Below, one piece after another: positions 60,492-64,000 of a DNA stretch of 64,000 nt (position 1 is its first letter; every line of letters begins with the position of its first letter). The notes under the pieces are model-generated. The model was given only the letters and a program-made list of their open reading frames with translations. It made no database searches and was not told the origin of the DNA. The stretch is from an uncultured Lentisphaerota bacterium (GTDB lineage: Bacteria > Verrucomicrobiota > Kiritimatiellia > RFP12 > UBA1067): positions 296-64,295 of the forward strand of contig CAMKJU010000007.1 in assembly GCA_946413265.1 (NCBI GenBank), written 5' to 3'. The position numbers and the translations under genes were made by a program.

Positions 60492-63400
60492 TCACGATTC
60501 CATTTTGCCGCAATCTTCTGATTGGAGGATGCGTTTTGCAAGAGCGGCGAAGCGCTTCTCGGGCGTGGGGGCGGTAAGCTGTTCCACGAAGGCAGGGGTT
60601 GGCTTGTCCGCCTTGTAGAACACGGCGCGGCCTTTACGTACGTCGATGCGGCGGATGCCCGCCTGCGCGCACAGCACGCGCAACTCCGCGAGCTTCACGA
60701 GACGCAGCGCCGCCTTCGGGAGCTTTCCGTAGCGGTCGGCCAGTTCGCCCTTCAGACGCGTCACGTCCTTGAGCGTGGAGGTTTCGGCGAGACGTCGGTG
60801 GAAGTCCATGCGCTGACCTTCGTCCTCCACGTAGTCGTAGGGCAGACACGCACCCGACGCGTCGGCATCGTCCGATCCCGGCGAGAAGTCGAGGAAGTCG
60901 AAGTTGAGCGTCACGTCCACCACGCCTGGTACGTTTTCACCTTTGAGGCGCGCGACCGTGCGCTGGAGGAGCTGACAGTAGAGCTGGAACCCGACGGCGG
61001 CGATGTGTCCGCTCTGCTCGCGTCCGAGCAGGTTTCCCGCGCCGCGGATTTCAAGGTCGCGCATCGCGATGCCAAATCCCGCGCCGAGTCCCGCGTGCCG
61101 CTTCAAAGCGTCAAGGCGCTCGCGCGCCTCGGCGTCCACGAGACCTTCAACGGGCAAGAGGAAGTAGGCGTAGCCCTGCCGCGCCGAACGTCCCACGCGT
61201 CCGCGCAGTTGGTAAAGCTCGGCGAGCCCGAAGCGGTCTGCGCGATCCACGAGGATCGTGTTTGCTCGCGGGATGTCGAGTCCGCTCTCCACGATCGTGG
61301 TACACAGGAGCACATCCGAGCGTCCCTTCGAGAACGCCTGCATCTTCGCAGAAAGCATGGAGGGCGGCATCTGACCGTGTGCCACCTCGATGCGCGCATC
61401 CGGTACGAGCGCGCGCAGACGCGCCGCCACCGTTCCAATCGTCGAGACGCGGTTGTAGAGAAAGTAGACCTGCCCGCCGCGCGCGAGTTCGCGCGTGATT
61501 GCGGTACGCACCGTCTCGTCCGTATCGCGCACGATCCTCGTCTCCACGGCAACGCGTTCGCGCGGCGGCGTGCGCAGGATCGAGAGGTCGCGCGCGCCTG
61601 TCATGGAGAGGTAGAGCGTACGCGGAATCGGCGTGGCGCTCATCGTGAGGACGTCCGCCGTGGCGCGCAGACGCTTGAGGTGTTCCTTGTGGCGCACGCC
61701 GAAACGCTGTTCCTCGTCAATGACGATGAGGCCGAGGTCGTGGAACTGCACGCGGTCGGAGAGGATGGCGTGCGTGCCGATCACGATGTCGGTGGCGCCG
61801 GAGAGCAGACGCGCGCGCGTGCCTTTCTTCTCCTCGGGACTTTGGAAGCGGCTCATCGCCTCAATGCGGATGGGCGTGTCGGCGAAGCGCGCGAGGAAGG
61901 TCTCGTAGTGCTGTTCCGCAAGCACCGTGGTGGGCGCGAGCAGCGCGGTCTGGCGTCCGTTCATCGCGGCGATGAACGCGGCGCGCATCGCGACCTCCGT
62001 CTTGCCATAGCCCGCGTCGCCGCACACGAGGCGGTCCATCGGCTTCGTCTGCGCCATGTCGCGCTTCACGTCTTCGATCGCACGCGCCTGGTCGTCCGTC
62101 TCCTCGTAGGGGAACGCCGCCTCGAACTCCGTGACGCCCGGCGCGCTGATGTCGTAGGCAAAGCCCGGCACCACGGCGCGGCGCGCCTGCGTTTCGAGGA
62201 GGGACGCCGCAAGATCCTGCACTGCGCGTTGCGCGTCCGCCTTGTCCTTCGTCCAGCGCCGCCCGTCGAGACGGTGCAGCTTCACCTGCTCGCCCTTCAC
62301 GCCCACGTACCGCGAGAGGAGGTGCGCGTGCGTCACGGGCACGTGCAGCTTGCCGCCGTCCGCGTACTCGATCGTGAACACTTCGCTGCGCGTGTCGCCC
62401 ACCTCGACCTCGGTAGACCCGAGGAAGCGTCCGATACCGTAGTCAACGTGAACCACGTACTCACCCGGCTCGATGTCGAACGACTCGGAAAGACGCTGCC
62501 CCGCCACGCTCGCCATCTGCGCGCGCGGTGCGCGCCGCCGGTGCGCGAACACGCGGTCGCCCCGCGTCACCACCACGAGACCCGGCACCTCGAACCCGCC
62601 CGCGAGCTCGCCGTCCTCCACCACGAGCGCCCCATTCCGCGTAGCCGCCGCGAGGTGTGCCTCCAGACGCCCCCGCGCCGCCTCCAGCAGTTCGGGGCTG
62701 CGCGCCGACTCCGCGCTCAGTTCCGCGAACCCCGGCAGCGGCGAACTCTGGAACGTCCCCTCCGGTACGTCCGGCGGCGCAGGCATCCCCGTGAAGATCT
62801 GGCGGAAGTCCGCATTTTGCAACAGCGAATGGGAGAGGTCCACGTAGGAATTGTGGTCAACCCAGAGGATCGTCGCGCCGGACGGCAGGATGTCGAGGAG
62901 ACGCGTCTCCTCCCCGGACGGCACGCTGACGGGCGACAACTCCGCCGAGGGGATTTTCTTCACGGAGGTCTGAAGCGCGGGGTCGAACTCGCGCAGCGAC
63001 TCAAGGTCCTCGCCAAAGTACTCCGCGCGTACGGGACGCGCCGCATCCGGCGACCAGGCGTCCAGCACGCCGCCGCGAACGGCGTATTGTCCCATCGCCG
63101 CCACCTCGCCCGCGCGCTCGTAGCCAGCCGCGGACAAACTCGCCTGCACCTTTGAAAACGCACTCCCGGCATCACCTGGCACAAGGCGTATCGTCGCGGC
63201 CCCCACGGCTGCGGCGTCCGGCACGCCCGTCAGGAGCGCCGCACTCGGCGCCACGACGACGAGCGGGTACGGACGCATCCGCCATGCGCCGAGGGCCGCA
63301 GAAACCTTGAGGCGTGCGGCCGTGGACGCGGGATCGTCCTCCAACGGCGGTGGGAAGGCAAGTGAGCGTACGCCGCTTTCACCTTCCAGCACGCGCAGGT

Positions 63401-63635
63401 CATCCGCCACCGTATCCGCCTCCGGAATGCCCGGTGTGACCACCAGCACGAACGGCGCATCCTCCTCGGTCGGGCGCGCGACCCGCGTGCGCCGTTCCCC
63501 GCGCGCCAGCGCGGCAGCGGCAAACGCCGTGGCCGACCCGGAGAACGAAGGCAAAGCAAGGACAGAGGACGGGACATCCGTCCCCTCCCCAAAAGCCTTC
63601 TCGAACAAGGCGAATCTCTTACTCGCCTTCTGCAC
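60492..63635 (-). CDS. mfd: transcription-repair coupling factor Mfd
   Basis: CGDAGYGKTEVAMRAAF, LAPTTVLAEQH, VIDEEQRFGV, SATPIPRTL, and the TRG/TRCF C-terminal domain. A GTG start at 63635 (VQKASKRF...) sits 7 nt after the -10. The first 33 codons of the track ORF come from the 9-mer repeat array. Confidence 0.9.
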   Translation of the reverse strand: MQKASKRFALFEKAFGEGTDVPSSVLALPSFSGSATAFAAAALARGERRTRVARPTEEDAPFVLVVTPGIPEADTVADDLRVLEGESGVRSLAFPPPLEDDPASTAARLKVSAALGAWRMRPYPLVVVAPSAALLTGVPDAAAVGAATIRLVPGDAGSAFSKVQASLSAAGYERAGEVAAMGQYAVRGGVLDAWSPDAARPVRAEYFGEDLESLREFDPALQTSVKKIPSAELSPVSVPSGEETRLLDILPSGATILWVDHNSYVDLSHSLLQNADFRQIFTGMPAPPDVPEGTFQSSPLPGFAELSAESARSPELLEAARGRLEAHLAAATRNGALVVEDGELAGGFEVPGLVVVTRGDRVFAHRRRAPRAQMASVAGQRLSESFDIEPGEYVVHVDYGIGRFLGSTEVEVGDTRSEVFTIEYADGGKLHVPVTHAHLLSRYVGVKGEQVKLHRLDGRRWTKDKADAQRAVQDLAASLLETQARRAVVPGFAYDISAPGVTEFEAAFPYEETDDQARAIEDVKRDMAQTKPMDRLVCGDAGYGKTEVAMRAAFIAAMNGRQTALLAPTTVLAEQHYETFLARFADTPIRIEAMSRFQSPEEKKGTRARLLSGATDIVIGTHAILSDRVQFHDLGLIVIDEEQRFGVRHKEHLKRLRATADVLTMSATPIPRTLYLSMTGARDLSILRTPPRERVAVETRIVRDTDETVRTAITRELARGGQVYFLYNRVSTIGTVAARLRALVPDARIEVAHGQMPPSMLSAKMQAFSKGRSDVLLCTTIVESGLDIPRANTILVDRADRFGLAELYQLRGRVGRSARQGYAYFLLPVEGLVDAEARERLDALKRHAGLGAGFGIAMRDLEIRGAGNLLGREQSGHIAAVGFQLYCQLLQRTVARLKGENVPGVVDVTLNFDFLDFSPGSDDADASGACLPYDYVEDEGQRMDFHRRLAETSTLKDVTRLKGELADRYGKLPKAALRLVKLAELRVLCAQAGIRRIDVRKGRAVFYKADKPTPAFVEQLTAPTPEKRFAALAKRILQSEDCGKMES

Positions 63636-63642
63636 GGACGCT

Positions 63643-63651
63643 ATTATACCA
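63643..63651 (-). promoter_or_regulatory. extended -10 (TGGTATAAT) 7 nt before the mfd GTG (leaderless candidate)
   Basis: Minus strand CTGTGGTATAATagcgtccGTG. Confidence 0.45.
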
Positions 63652-63699
63652 CAGTTGGGGGCAGCACGGGCGCGGGCGGTGAGTTTCCAAGAGGTTTTT

Positions 63700-63884
63700 C
63701 GGGACTTGCGGGACCTCCGGGACAGCCGGGACAACCGGGACAGCCGGGACCTCCGGGACTTCCGAGACTTCCGGGACTTCCGAGACTTCCGGGACCTCCG
63801 GGACTTCCGGGACCTCCGAGACTTCCGGGACCTCCGAGACTTCCGGGACCTCCGAGACCTCCAGGACCTCCGAGACCTCCGAGA
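63700..63884 (+). repeat. 9-bp tandem repeat array, about 20 units of CG[GA]GAC[CTA][TAG]C
   Basis: Units cgggacttg, cgggacctc, cgggacagc, cgggacaac, ... cgagacctc, strictly in 9-nt register. Confidence 0.9.
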
Positions 63885-63891
63885 TATGCGG

Positions 63892-63963
63892 CTGTCCCGG
63901 TTGTCTTGGTTGTCCCGGCCGTCCCGGCTGTCCCGGTTGTCTCGGCTGTCCCGGCTGTCCCGG
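63892..63963 (-). repeat. inverted 9-bp tandem repeat array, 8 units of [CT]TGTC[CT][CT]GG
   Basis: ctgtcccgg ttgtcttgg ttgtcccgg ccgtcccgg ctgtcccgg ttgtctcgg ctgtcccgg ctgtcccgg. This is the reverse complement of the CCGGGACAG/CCGGGACAA units at 63717-63744. Confidence 0.9.
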
Positions 63964-64000
63964 GGGCTCAGCTCACCGCCAGCCCTTTCGCTGTCGGATA

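Noticed and set aside
63700-63963. A collagen-like (G-X-Y) protein-coding gene across the 9-mer arrays.
   Set aside because: All frames are open simply because of the repeat. I found no ATG/GTG with an RBS upstream in the PGQ/PGP frame. Several Gly positions are replaced by Arg, and the second array is the inverted complement, which suggests DNA-level structure. This cannot be excluded without sequence beyond 64000.

Overview
High-GC bacterial chromosomal window. The gene content (GH127- and GH109-like enzymes, an FGE-sulfatase-domain protein, and many extended -10 or leaderless promoters) hints at a PVC-superphylum-type organism, but this is inference only. From about 15 kb to 64 kb the window is mostly ordinary chromosome: nagB, aroE, rarA, tRNA-Lys(UUU), azlCD, a ParC-like topoisomerase subunit, smc, mfd, an OmpR-type two-component pair, transporters and glycan-utilisation enzymes. 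This stretch is interrupted by REP-like repeats, a decayed ORF6N/PLD gene with an AT-rich palindrome array, several periodic repeat arrays, a candidate structured RNA of about 380 nt, and a lower-GC two-gene insert. The left 14 kb is an accessory island, bounded on the right by an IS4-type transposase remnant, and its coding content is dominated by transcription machinery. It holds an RtcR-family (CARF-like + AAA+) enhancer-binding protein with no rtcBA genes. It also holds a tightly coupled minus-strand operon: DUF445 membrane protein, then a 1653-aa single-chain fused beta-beta' RNA polymerase, then a 253-aa acidic sigma-54-like protein, then a long GGAG/CTCC hairpin, then a DUF932-like protein, then an SF2 DEAH helicase. 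A stand-alone sigma-70 region-4 miniprotein and an ECF-like sigma gene lie at the flanks. I regard this island as the candidate novel system: a signal-gated, self-contained transcription module. All functional calls come from by-eye motif recognition without database searches. Most long plus-strand ORFs in the supplied track are antisense shadows of real minus-strand genes.
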